A DNA stretch of 64,000 nt, from positions 1-64,000 of the forward strand of contig JABVCE010000004.1 of assembly GCA_014905635.1 (NCBI GenBank). The letters are read 5' to 3'. The notes under the pieces are model-generated. The model was given only the letters and a program-made list of their open reading frames with translations, ran no database searches and had not been told where the DNA came from. This document shows positions 37,530-53,040 of the stretch, piece after piece; the first letter of the stretch is position 1; every line of letters starts with the position of its first letter. The position numbers were made by a program, and so were the translations under genes. The stretch is from Scenedesmus sp. PABB004. Taxonomy: Eukaryota.

Positions 37530-38591
37530 GCTTCTCCGGCTCCGAGCTCAGCGCGCAGGCCTGCCGGATGCGCTCCACCTCCAGCGTCGGCTCGTAGCCG
37601 GGCCCACCCTCAGCGGCGGCGGGCGCCAGCCTCTGCGGCACGGCGCGGGGGCGCGGCGGGGCAGAACATTCGCCTCCCCTGCCCGCGGCGCGTGGCGGGC
37701 CGCGCCCCCGCCGCGCCCGCGCCGCCGCACCTCGCCCTCGAAGCTGAACAGCAGGCTGGCGGTGCTCAGCGCCCCGCTGGACGCGGGCTGCGGCCTGCTG
37801 GCCATCGCGCCGTCCGTCGCGCCCGCGGCGTGCGCCTCCGGGAGCCGCGCCATGGCCGGCCGCACGGCCGCCGCACGCTCTGGCTGCCAATTCGCAGCGC
37901 CAGCGCGCTGTCCCACAGCGCTCAGCACATTCTGGCTGGGTGCGGCAGCAGCAGGTCGGCACGCCGCGTGCGAGGCCCAGCTGCGCGAGGCGGCGGGTCG
38001 GGCGCTCCCGTGAGAGGCAGCGGCGTGTGCGGCGCTTGTCACGCGCGTGCTTGTGCCGCGAGCTGAGCCCGCGCGCCCTACCTCTTGTGCAGCCGCGCCA
38101 CTCGGGCCCCTGCGAGCCTCAAGGCCACCTGATGCACGCGCTTGAGCGGCAAGCAGGAGCACCAGCCGCAGCACGTGCGCGCACACGCGGCACCGCGCGC
38201 GGCGTCGCCGCTGACCATGCGCCGCCTCGACGCCGCGCGCGCCACGCGCGCTGTGCTGCTGGGCGTCCTGTGCAGGCTGCCAGCGGCGTCGGGCGCCGCA
38301 CGCCAGCGCCGCGAGCGCTGCGCCGCCGCCGGCAGCGCGCGCGGCGCCGGGAGCGGTGCTGCCGCCGCCGGCGCCAGTGCCGCCAGCGCCGCCAGCGCGA
38401 CCCGCGCGCGCCAGCCAGGTCGGCGACAGCGGGGCCGGCTGTGCGCCGCCGCGCTGCAGCGCCGCGCGCGAGCAGCTGTGCCAGCTGCTGCCCTTCGTGA
38501 CGGTCAGGCGCGGCCGGGACAGCGCCGGCAGCAGGCCCCGCGACCCAGCTGCCCCGGCGGCGCAGCGCGGGAGCGCCGCCGCTGCTGCCAT
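37530..38591 (-). CDS. Hypothetical chimeric gene or pseudogene starting with a copy of the FAX/TMEM14 transit-peptide region
   Basis: [17 protein letters not shown]...PLSPTWLAR is shared with the 59808 gene, then unrelated sequence with exon-like pieces ([27 protein letters not shown]). Confidence 0.35.
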
Positions 38592-38890
38592 CGTGCGCAC
38601 GCCGCTGCTGCTCCTGGCTGGGCTTGGCGGCCGCGGGCGAGCGAGCGCAGCAGGTGTCTCACTGGGCTGCACTGTCGCGGTCGAGTGGATGAGGCCGCGC
38701 GCTCTGCGGTTCGGCCTGGCCGGCGCTTGGGCTGCCCGCGCCCTGAAGCGCGGCCTCGCAGCGCGCGTGCCGCCCCGTCTGGCCCCACAACCCCGCGACG
38801 CGACGGCCACGTCGACGGAGCTCTGCTTGGCAGCCGGCACGCAGAGCCAATCCGCTCGCCCGCGCCTGCGCCGCGCCGCCGCCGCTGCTG
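38372..38890. repeat. About 500-bp diverged duplicate of 59586-60092
   Basis: Colinear nucleotide match with scattered substitutions and small indels. Confidence 0.9.
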
Positions 38891-39075
38891 CCGCCGCAGC
38901 ACCTGCCAGCGAGCAGCAATCACCCGCTAGCCGGGTGAGCGGTGCGCGTAATCGAGCTCCAGGGGTGATCGCAGCCCGGGCCGCAGCGGCGGCGCTTGCC
39001 GCCGCTCGGCGCTGCCGGCAGCGCGCCGTCGGCAGCGCGGCGCGTCGCGCCGGCAGCGCGCGGCGCCACGCCACG

Positions 39076-39566
39076 ATGGTGTTTGGCCAGCTGGTCATCG
39101 GGCCGCCCGGCAGCGGCAAGACCACGTACTGCCGCGGCGTGAGCGAGTTCCTCGCGGGCCTGGGGCGGCGCGTGGCGGTCGTCAACCTCGACCCCGCCAA
39201 CGACGGCCTGCCCTACACGCCCGACGTGGACGTCGGCGACCTGGTGAGCGTGGAGCGCGTCATGGAGGAGTTGCGCCTTGGGCCAAACGGCGGTGCGGCG
39301 CGCCCGGGCTTGGGGGGCACGGTGGGGGCACTGACGCCGCGGCGCCCGCGGCCGAGGCGGTCGGGGCTGCGGCGGCGCCGGCGTGGCGCCTGCCCCTCCC
39401 TCGACCACCCGTCCCCCTGCCCCCCGCCCCAGCCATGCTGTACGCCATGGAGCACCTCGCCGCCAACCTGGACTGGCTCAAGGAGCAGCTGGAGCCGCTG
39501 GAGAAGAGTGAGCGTGCCGCGCCCACTCGGACGCGTCACGCGGCGCCGCCCGCTGCGCGCGCTTAC

Positions 39567-39597
<31 letters not shown>

Positions 39598-40747
39598 CCG
39601 CCGTCGCCGCCGCCACCGCCGCCGCCGCCGCGACGCCCCCGGCGGCGCAGGCAACGCGTACGTGCTGTTTGACTGCCCCGGCCAGGTCGAGCTGTTCACG
39701 CAGCACCGCGGCTTCAAGGCCGTGCTGGCCGCGCTGACGGAGGCCTGGGGCCACCGCCTCGCCGCGGTGCACCTCGTCGACGCGCACCTCGCGACAGACG
39801 CGCCCAAGTCAGCGCGGCGGCGCGCCGCGCGCGCGCACGCGCGCGCGCGCCGTGGGGCGGCGCTGCGGCGCGCCGCTGTGGCGCGCCGCTGCGGCGCAGC
39901 GCTCCCCCGCCCGGCCCCGCGCCCCGACCTGCGCCGCGCCGCGCCGCCGCGGCCGCCGCGGCCAGGTACATCTCGGCGCTGCTGCTGAGCCTGTCCACGA
40001 TGCTGCACCTGGAGCTGCCCCAGGTGAACGTGCTGTCAAAGGTCGACCTCGTCAAGCAGTACGGCGACCTGGGTGCGCCGCGCCGCGGCGCGGCGGTGCC
40101 AGCGGCGCGAGCGCGCGCGCTCGTGCTGCTGTCGCGCGCGGCCGCGCCGACACCACGTTGCCGCCGCCGCCGCCCCGCGCGCGCCCAACCAGCGTTCAAC
40201 CTCGACTTTTACACGGAGGTGCACGACCTGAGCCGCCTCGTGGCGGCCATGGGGGGCGGGCCCTTCAGCCAGCGCTTCAGGAAGCTCAGCGCAGGGCTCT
40301 GCGACGTCGTGGAGGGCTACGGCCTCGTCGCGTTCACGCCCCTTGCGATACAGGCGCGCCGCGGCGCGGCGGCGCGGCGTGCCGCGCGCGACGGCGCCGA
40401 GCGGGGGGCGCGCGCCCTCACCGCTCGCGCCGCCGCGCCGTGCGCCGCCGCGCCGCCGACGCCAGGACGCGCGCAGCGTGCGCCGCCTGGTGGGGCTTGT
40501 CGACAAGGCAAGCGGCGCCGCGTACGCGCGGCTCGACGGCGACGCGCCCCCTGGCGTGCCTGCGCAGCTGCTCGCGGCGAGCGGGCACAGCGCGGACGAC
40601 GACGACCTCGCGGCGGCGCTGCAGGAGGCGTTCATCGACGACGCCCCGCCGCCCCCCGCAGCGGTAGCAGACGGGCTCGCGGGGCCCGTGCGCGAGCGCG
40701 CGCCGCCGGCGATGCGGGGGCGCCCCCACGACGCCTCGCCCGGCTAG
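39076..40747 (+). CDS. GPN2: GPN-loop GTPase 2
   Basis: [67 protein letters not shown]. Confidence 0.93.
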
Positions 40748-41055
40748 CAGCGTCGTGTCTGAGCGTCGTGCCGGCGGCGCTCGCGCTGTCAACAACCCTG
40801 CCAACCCTGCTTCGCCGCCGCCGCCCGCCGCCCGCGAGCGCACACCCGCGGCGGCAGGCACCTCGGCGGCCAGCGCCACGCGCCCTGCCCGCTGCGCCAG
40901 CGACACTACCACCGCCGCAAGCCAGCACGCGTCGCAGCCGCAGCCGCCAGAGCGCCGCCGCGAGCTCGCCTCGTGCAGCCCCGGTGCTGCGCAGCCCGAG
41001 CTCCGCCGGCGCGCTCACAGTCGCTGCCTTGCCTGCCTCGCCTCCGCGCACCGCG

Positions 41056-41836
41056 GTGCGGCCAGGCGCGCCAGGCGCGCGCCAGGGTGGTCGGCACGAG
41101 TTGCCCTGCGTGCGCAGCAATCAGGCGCGACCAGGCGGCAGCAGCCACGCGGCACCGCGCATGCAGGGCTCCCGCGCAAACGCGCTTTGCGCGGGAAGCT
41201 GAATCTTGCGCCACGCACACCCGCCCAGCAGTTCGGCGCCTCAGGCGGCGGCTCCAGCGTCAGAGCGAGCGAGACGCTGCCGCCGCCACCGCCGCCGCCG
41301 CAGCGCGCGACGAAGCCGCGGCCGCAGCCAGCGCGCCGACGTGCGCGAGTCGACGGCGCGGCCCGTGGGCGGCAGGGCACGCAAGTGCTCGCAAGTGGCC
41401 GCCTGCACCAGCGGCAGGGCGGCCAGCCGGCGGCGGCGGCGCGGTGCGGCGTCGCCGCCGCCGGCTGTGACGGCTCGCCGCCAGCAGTGCCGCGGCGGCC
41501 GCGGCGGTGTGGTCACAAGCAGCGTGAGATGCTCCAAACGCGAGTGCCGCAAGCGACTCGTGACTCAGCCGCCCGGGGCTGCGCACCCGCGGTAGCGATG
41601 ACGCTGCAGGGCTCCGCTGCGCGCGGCCCAGACTGGCGACCAGCAACGGCGCTCGCCGTCCGTGACGGCCCTCCTCGCCGCAGCAGCAGCTCGGCGAGCT
41701 GCGTCCCTCCAGCACCGCGAGTGACACGGTCCGGCGCCATGCCGCAGCTCGCCGGCCGGGGGCGCACGCCGCACGCAACACGGCGGCGGCTCGGCGGCGA
41801 TCCCGGCGGCCATCGCGCCGGTCATCAGCCCGGCTC
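41056..41836 (+). repeat. 781-bp direct repeat, copy 2
   Basis: Near-identical to 36375-37155. Confidence 0.95.
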
Positions 41837-42498
41837 ATGCTCACGCCTCGACCCGGCAAACGGCCGGGTCTGCGAGGCGCGCGAGGTCGTTGGGCGATGC
41901 TGCGAGCTGCAGGCGCATTGCGGGGGCTCGTCCGGCCTGTTGGAGCTCGCGGAGCGTCGCGGCGGTTGGCGGGAACTGGGGGCCGGCGCGCGGGACGGGC
42001 TGGTGCTGGCTGCGCGGGTTGTTGGGGCGGGGGGTTGCAGCCCGGGTCTATGCCTAGGTCAGGCTGCTGCACAAAAGCAGGACCGCGCGCGTGCGGCGGG
42101 GCGAACCCCGGCGCCAGCAGCCGCAGCCTCGTCCGACGCGAGTGACGTGGCCAAGCGCGAGCGCACTGTTTGTGTGCGCATGCTCCACTCGGACTGGTGC
42201 CGTGCGCCGCTCGAGCGCACGCGGCGGCAGACCTCGGCGGACAGCGTCTCACGCCTGCCCGTGTTGGCGCCCTGCGCGTGCCCGCCGCTGCCGAGCCTGA
42301 GCACCACGACCACCTCGCGCGCCAAAGGGGCGCATCAGAGCGCGGTGGCACTGGCCAATGGTACGCTGCTGCAGCAGCACACACTGCGCCGCAGCACGCA
42401 AGCACGACGCGGCCCTCCCCGCCACGCCAGGCGACGCTGGCCACCGCCGCCGCGCAGCGCGCCGCAGCCGCCAGCGCCCCGACGCGTGCTTGCCTAGC

Positions 42499-46916
<4,418 letters not shown>

Positions 46917-47403
46917 GGCGCAGACCGCCGCTGCAGCGAGCGGCGGGCAGAGAGCGGGCGTCGTTCGTCGCACATCTGCGGTGTGCGGGGCTTCAGGCGC
47001 TGCTGCCCGGCCCGCCCGCGCCTGCCCGGCCCGCCCGCGGCTGCCCCGCCAACCTGCGTGTGCGACAGCGGGCCCCAAGTGCAGGCTGGGGCCGTCCGCG
47101 CAGGCTGGGCCGCGGCGGCTCTGAGAGCCGCTGCTCTGAGAGCGCCGCTGCTCCGCTGGAGTCAGCGCTTGAGGCGGCGGTCGCCAGCGCCGCGCAGTTG
47201 TGCCCGCCAGCCAGCGTCTTTTGCTTGGCAAGCGTGGCGAGAGGTGGGGATCGAGAGGGCGTGCATCCGCTCGTGACGTTCAACCGCCGCATCGCCGCTT
47301 CGTGCCAGCCGGCGGGGCCGAGAAGATGCGGGGGGCCGTGCCGTGCCGTCAGCCTGCGCCCCACTCGCCCTGCACGCCGCCGCCCAGCGCCCGGCGTGGC
47401 TCA

Positions 47404-47485
47404 CAGCCGCCGCGCGGCGGCCGAACGCCAGCCGCCGCGGCTGGCGCCAGCCGCGGCGGCTGGCGTTCGGCCGCCGCGGCGGCTG
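47404..47485. repeat. Perfect 66-bp palindrome (47413-47478), extendable to about 82 bp, with nested hairpins
   Basis: cgcggcggccgaacgccagccgccgcggctggc|gccagccgcggcggctggcgttcggccgccgcg. Confidence 0.9.
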
Positions 47486-47573
47486 GCACTCAGCGGCTGG
47501 CGCTCAGCGGCGGCTGAGCGCACAGCCCCAGCACCGCGGCGCTCTTGATGGGCCCAGCCCCAAAAACAATTCG

Positions 47574-47670
47574 TGGGCCCGGCCAGGCTCGAACTGGCGT
47601 CCTTAGGATTTCTCACGAGTCGTGAGTCATGTTATGAGACCTACGCGCTAACCAACTGCGCCACGAACCC
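47574..47670 (-). tRNA. tRNA-Met (CAT), elongator type, with intron
   Basis: GGGTTCG/CGGGCCC acceptor stem; anticodon arm, intron and T-arm as in 37251-37347; T-run terminator downstream. Confidence 0.93.
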
Positions 47671-47799
47671 CGATGGAGATGCCACCAGCCTCCCCCTACA
47701 TATTATATACTTAAAACCGCAAAAGCCGTCAGTGGCCGGCGGGCCCCGGGGCCGCGCCTCGCCGCGCTGGGCTGAGCGATGCGCCGGGCAGCCCTAGCG

Positions 47800-49595
47800 G
47801 CCCGCCCGGCGCGACCGCCGTCCAGGCGCTGCTGGCTGCGGTGCCTGCGGGGTGGGTGGAGGCGGCGCGCGCTGCGCCCCTGCCGCCGCTGCCCCCGCGC
47901 GGCACGCGCATGATGCCGGCACACCCGCCAGACCCAGCCGCCCTGTGGGCCGAGGCGGACCTGGTGCCGAGCCTGGGCTGGCGGCTGTACCAAGGGTCAC
48001 GGGCGGTGCCCGTGCTGCTGACCAAGCTCACCGTCAAGCAGGCGACGCTGCTCCAGCTCGCCATGCCGGGCGGCGTCGACACGCAGCGGCGCGACAAGCA
48101 CATCGCGTTTGCGGGCCTGGCGCTGGGGCTGGCGCCGCCGACGCCGCGCGCGCTGCCCCCGGCCGCGGGGCAGCAGCCGGCGGCGGCCCAGCCGGCCCCG
48201 GCGGCGGCCGCGCCGGACCCGGCGGCTGCCGCGGCGGCAGCCGCGGCGGCGGCGCCGCGGCTGCAGCAGCCGCGCTGGCCGGCCTGGACGGGGCCGCCGT
48301 CGACGCCGCGCCTCCCCCGGGAGCTCGCCCTCACCGCGTCGGTCAGGGTCGCCCTGCGCAAGCTGTGGCGGCTGCGCTGGGACAACGCGGTGAAGGAGGT
48401 GTACTGGCGACTCGCGCTCAACGGTCTCGCGACCGCTGAGCGCATGTCCCAGCCCGAGGCTGTCTGCCTCTGCGGCGTCGCCTGCCCCGGCCGCGCGCAC
48501 CACTACTGGGAGTGTCCCATCGCGCAGGCAGTGGTGCGAGCCATGCTCGACTCGCTGCCCGCCGAGTGGTGCGCGCGCCCGGCCGATGGCGCGCCGCGCC
48601 TGCGCCGCGAGCACGTTTGGCTCATGTTCGCGCCGCCGCCGGCGGCGCGGCGCGCCGGCGCGCGGCGGCTGCACTCGGGCGTGTGGCGCGTGGTGTGCCT
48701 GGCCGCGCTCGCGGCCATGGACACCGGCCGGCGCGCCGCCAACCTCGCGGCCCTCCAGGCCAAGAGCGAGGCGGACGCCCGGACGGCTGCGCATGCCCGG
48801 CGTGCTGAGCGCGCCGCGGCTGCGGGCCAGCGCCTCATCTCCAGCATGCTGCCCGCTGCGCCTCCCACCGAGGCGCAGCAGCAGCGACAAGCGGCGGCGG
48901 CCGAGCGCGAGCGCGCGCAGCGGCTGCAGCAGGCCCAGCAAGCGGCGGTGGCGTCGTTCTGGGCCTGGTTGGCAGACTTTGTTGCGTGCCGCGCGGCCCT
49001 GCGACAGTGGTCTGCGCAGGTCCCTACGCAGCACCCCTTCCTCTGCACCGTGCCGGACGACGCCGACCCACGGGCGGCGCCGCGCATCTGGCTGCAGGCC
49101 GGTGCATGAGGCTCTTTGTGTGTGTGCGGGCGTGTGTGTTTGGTGCTGCCCCGCTGCCAGTTCTGTAGGCCGGTGTGTGTGGAGTCCCGGGGCACCGCCG
49201 GGCTGGGTGTGCGTTCGACCGGGGTGGGGGGAGAAGGCGGCGTCGGTCGCGGGGGGCGGCGGCGGGGCGGGGGGCAGGCGGGGGTTGGTCCTCGCGGCGG
49301 CTCTTCTGCCTTGTGCCACGGTCTGGCGCGCGATCGAGACCAGAGGGCGGCATGCAGGTGGGTTTGCTGGTGCGTTGCGCGCGCCTGGGCCGCGCCATGC
49401 TCGCTACACGCCCTGCGCCGGCTTGCCAGCATGCGATCCCGCTTGCGGGCTGCTCGGTTGGTCGCACTTGGAGGACACAGACACGTGCGGTGGCGGGGAG
49501 GGAGTTGGTCAGGCCCGCCAGGTGTTCCGATGTGGGACGCTCAACCGCCCGGAGCGTACCGGGCCCCGCCGTGTAACCAACAACAACAACAACAA
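47800..49595 (+). mobile_element. 5'-truncated non-LTR (L1/Tx1-like) retrotransposon: ORF2 C-terminus plus 3' UTR
   Basis: zf-RVT-like LWRLRWDNAVKEVYWRLALNGLATAERM...CLCG...HHYWECPIAQAV; ORF stops at 49109; ends TGTAAC(CAA)n; no RT or endonuclease domain present. Confidence 0.8.
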
Positions 49596-49604
49596 TGGGC
49601 GCCC

Positions 49605-49710
49605 ATAGCGCGGTGGCGGGGAAGGAGTTGGTCAGGCCCGCAAGGCGTTCCGATGTGGGATGCTCAACCGCCCGGAGCGTACCGGGCCCCGCCGTGTAAC
49701 CAACAACAAC
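49605..49710 (+). mobile_element. Second, about 105-bp 3'-end-only copy of the same LINE
   Basis: Matches 49486-49590 with about 5 substitutions; flanked by GGCGCCC at 49598-49604 and 49711-49717. Confidence 0.8.
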
Positions 49711-50035
49711 GGCGCCCCTACGCAGACGACAGGGAGAGCGATGGCGGCGTCGCGGGGGTCGGCGGGGAGCCCGCGGGGGCGGGGGCGGTCTGCCCCGTAG
49801 GAGCCTAGGGCGCGGTGGCCTGCCGTGGCCGCGCTCCGGCGCGTGATCGAGACCGGCAGGCGGCGCGTTTGCAGGCAGTTCACGGCCCGACTCGCGCGCG
49901 CCGCTTGCTCAGCGACCGCGGGCGACGCACAGAGCTCTCTCAGCGCACACAGCCCTCGTCCCCCGCGCTCGGTCGTTGCCGCTGACCGCCCCGCCCCATC
50001 ACCGGCCTCACGCGCCGCGAGCCGCGGGCTTGAGC

Positions 50036-51747
50036 TCACGGGCGCACAGCGTCAAAGAGCTCCGCGATGCTGCGCTGCGGCGCGCCGCGCTGCGCCACCA
50101 CCTCGACGCACTTGTCGACCGCGGCGGGGCAGACCAGCGCCTCCACGCACACGTCCGCGACCTGCGAGCGCAGGATGGAGCCCGAGCGCCGCGGCGGGAA
50201 GCCAAACGCGCCGGGGCCCTCCATCACGATCGCGCCCGGCTCCTCGCCCGGGGGCAGGCTGTCGCGCAGCCCGCCGGGGCGCACGATGACCGCGGGCAGC
50301 CCGCTGCGCTGCAGCTCCTCCTCCGCGCGCTTCTTCCAAAACAGGATCTGCGCGTGCGCGGGCACGCGCACGCACGGCGGGCAGCGGGCGGCGGGGGCTC
50401 GGCGGCGCACCGCGTGGCGCGGCCCGGCGCGCCCCGCCGTGACCGGCGGCGGCAGCGCGGCCGCGGCGGCGGCGGCGCCGCACCCCGAAGAAGAGGTTGA
50501 GCGGGTTGAGCGGGTCGTCGGCGCCGATGCTGGTCACAAACACAAAGCGCTTCACGCCCGCGCGCCGCGCCGCGGCGATGAGGTTCAGCGTGCCCTGCGC
50601 CCCGCGCGCGCCGGTTTGGTGGTGGTGTGTGTGAGGGGGGATGCGTGTGTGTTGTTTGGAGGGAGGGGGGGGGGCTGCAGGGCGGCGCCGCGCCGCGCGC
50701 GCCGCGACGTCGCGAGCCCCCCTCCCCTCCCTGCCCCCGCGCGCGCCTGGAAGTCGGTGTTGAACGGCCCAAACGGGTCGGCCTTGTTGTTTGCGGCGCT
50801 CGCGACGACCACGGCGTTGACGCCCTTGAACGCGGGCGGCAGGCTGGCGTACTGGTACACGTCGCCCACGGCCACCTCAAACGCCGGCGGGCCCCCCTCC
50901 GCGCCGGCCGCGGGCGTGGGCGCCGGCAGCAGCTTGGCCGCGCGCGCGGCGTCGCGCACGAGCGCGCGCGTGGGCACGCCCTTGGCGCGCAGCGCCTCGA
51001 CCACGCGCCTGCGCGGGCGGGCGCCCGGCGGCGCGGCGCCGGGCAGGCGGCATCGGCGCCGCCGCCGGTGCGCGGCAGCTGCACGCCGTGCTCTGCTGGC
51101 TGCGGCCGCCGCGCGCACGCCCACGCCGCGCCGCACCGTCCCACGCCGCCCGTGGCGCCGGTGACGAGCACGTTTAGTCCAACAAACCGCGGGTCCCCCG
51201 CCCCGCCCGCCGCCGCGGCGCCCCAGTCGATGCCCGGCGCGGCGCCGCTGACGCTCGCAGCCACCGTGCCCTGCAGCGCCGCGGCCGCCGCCGCCGCGTC
51301 GCCGACCGCGGCCGTGGCCACGTCACTCGCGTCGGACACGGCCGCCGACGCCGCCGCGGCGGCGCGGTCCACCGCGGCCGCGGCCGCGTCGGCCGCGCCC
51401 GACACCGCGTCGGCCGCGTCCGCGGCGAGGCCGTCGATCGCCGCCACCGGCTCGGGCGCCGCGTCGACGGGCTCTGCGTCGCCGTCGGGCGCCGCCGCGC
51501 GCGGCGCCCAGCGCGGGCGCGCCGCGGAGGCGCGGCCTGCGGGCACGCGCGGGCGGCGTGTGAGTGGAGTGTGTTGGCGCGTGAGGCGCGGGCAGCGGGG
51601 CGCTGGCAGGGCGGCGGTGCCAGCGGAGCGCCGGCGGCGCTCCGCACCGTGCGGCGCGCTCGCAGCCACGCGGCGCGGCGGGGCGGCGCGGCTGGCGCGC
51701 GCGGCGTGCGCGGCGCGCGTCGTCGCGTGCATGGTGGTGGCCAGCAT
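50036..51747 (-). CDS. Plastid NAD(P)-binding Rossmann-fold protein (atypical SDR, TIC62/NmrA-like)
   Basis: VLVTGATGGVGR, RALVRD, KRFVFVTSIG, WKKRAEEELQRSGL..VIVRPGGL, RSQVADVCV; transit-peptide-like N-terminus. Confidence 0.88.
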
Positions 51748-52370
51748 GGCGGGAGGCCGGCGGCGCTGGGCGACCAGGCAGAGCGCTGTGGAGGCGCTGG
51801 TCGCAGATGCCCGACGCTGCGTGCGCACAAAGCGTGCGTGCGTGCGCGGGCGGCGGCGCAAAGGTTGACGCCTGGGCGGGCGCGTTCGGGGGACGTGGCA
51901 GCCGCGCGCGCCGCGCGGCGTGCGTGGGGCGGCGGTTCAGACCCGGCGCTGCGTCGCTGACGCCACCGCGATCGCCGCCCGCGCTCGTCGAGAGAGCGAG
52001 ACGCACGACCCCGCGCGCACCGCCGGCGCCAGCGCGCGCGCGCTGTCTCGCAGCAGCTGCTGCTGCTGCCGGGGTGCTCAGCCCGCTCGCCATGCCCAGG
52101 GATGGCGAGTAGGGCCTTCAACGTCGCAAGCCTGCCCTCCCAGGCCGCGGGCGGGCGCGGGGAGCGGCGGGGCGAGCATTGTAGCCCGAGGTGCGCGGCC
52201 CGCCGCGGCATGCGGCCGATCTCGGCTCGGGGGCGTTGGAAATGGCGGTGGGAGGGTGCTGGCGCGCGCGCGGTGGCCTGGGCGCGGCGCTGGGGCTGAA
52301 CCATCGGACGCCGACTGCTGCTCGCCTCGCGCAGGCTCACCAGCGCCCCCCACGGCGGCCAGTGGGCTCC

Positions 52371-52972
52371 ATGCGTCTGCGCGGAGCAGAGGAGCGGCAG
52401 ATCCTCGACCGGCTACCGCGCGCTCGTCGCGCAGGTGCGCCGCCGCCGCAGCAGCAGCCGCCGCTCGCGCGCGGCGGCTGCGGTAGGGGGGCCGGGGGCC
52501 GCCGCGGCACTGACGTTGAGAGCGGGCGGCGGCGCTGCACGCGCTCCACGCTGCCAAGCGCCGCCGCTGCCGCGCGCTCGCCCTCCCACGCGCGCGCCCG
52601 CTCGCGCACACAGCTGGTTCCGGTCAGCCCGGGCGCGGCCAGCGTGCAGCCGGGCTGCACGTGGCCACGCTGCGTGCTGCCGCCGCTGTATGGCGCCGCT
52701 GCCGGCGGCCATGGGCGGGCCGCGCCGCGCAGCCAAGCAGTGCGGCACACGCAGGCGGAGCCGGTGAGCGGCGCGCCGGGAAGCCCCGGGGAGGGCGCTG
52801 AGCCGCGGCGCTCACGGCGCGCACGGCACTCGCAGCGCTCGCAGCGCTGACGCGCGGCGCCGCCGCTGCCCTTGCCTGCTCGCGCGCAGGCTGTGACTGA
52901 GCTGCGGCAGCGCGAGGCTGCGCCCAGCCAGCTGTGCGTGATCAGCAGCCAACAGGCGCCGCCGAGCCTGCA

Positions 52973-53040
<68 letters not shown>

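Noticed and set aside
36375..41836. LTR pair enclosing a retrotransposon
   Set aside because: No TG...CA ends or TSD, and the interior holds tRNA-Met and GPN2 rather than gag/pol.
47841..49109. TnpB/Fanzor partner of the serine recombinase
   Set aside because: No RuvC motifs seen; it matches the LINE zf-RVT C-terminus and ends in a retro-type tail.
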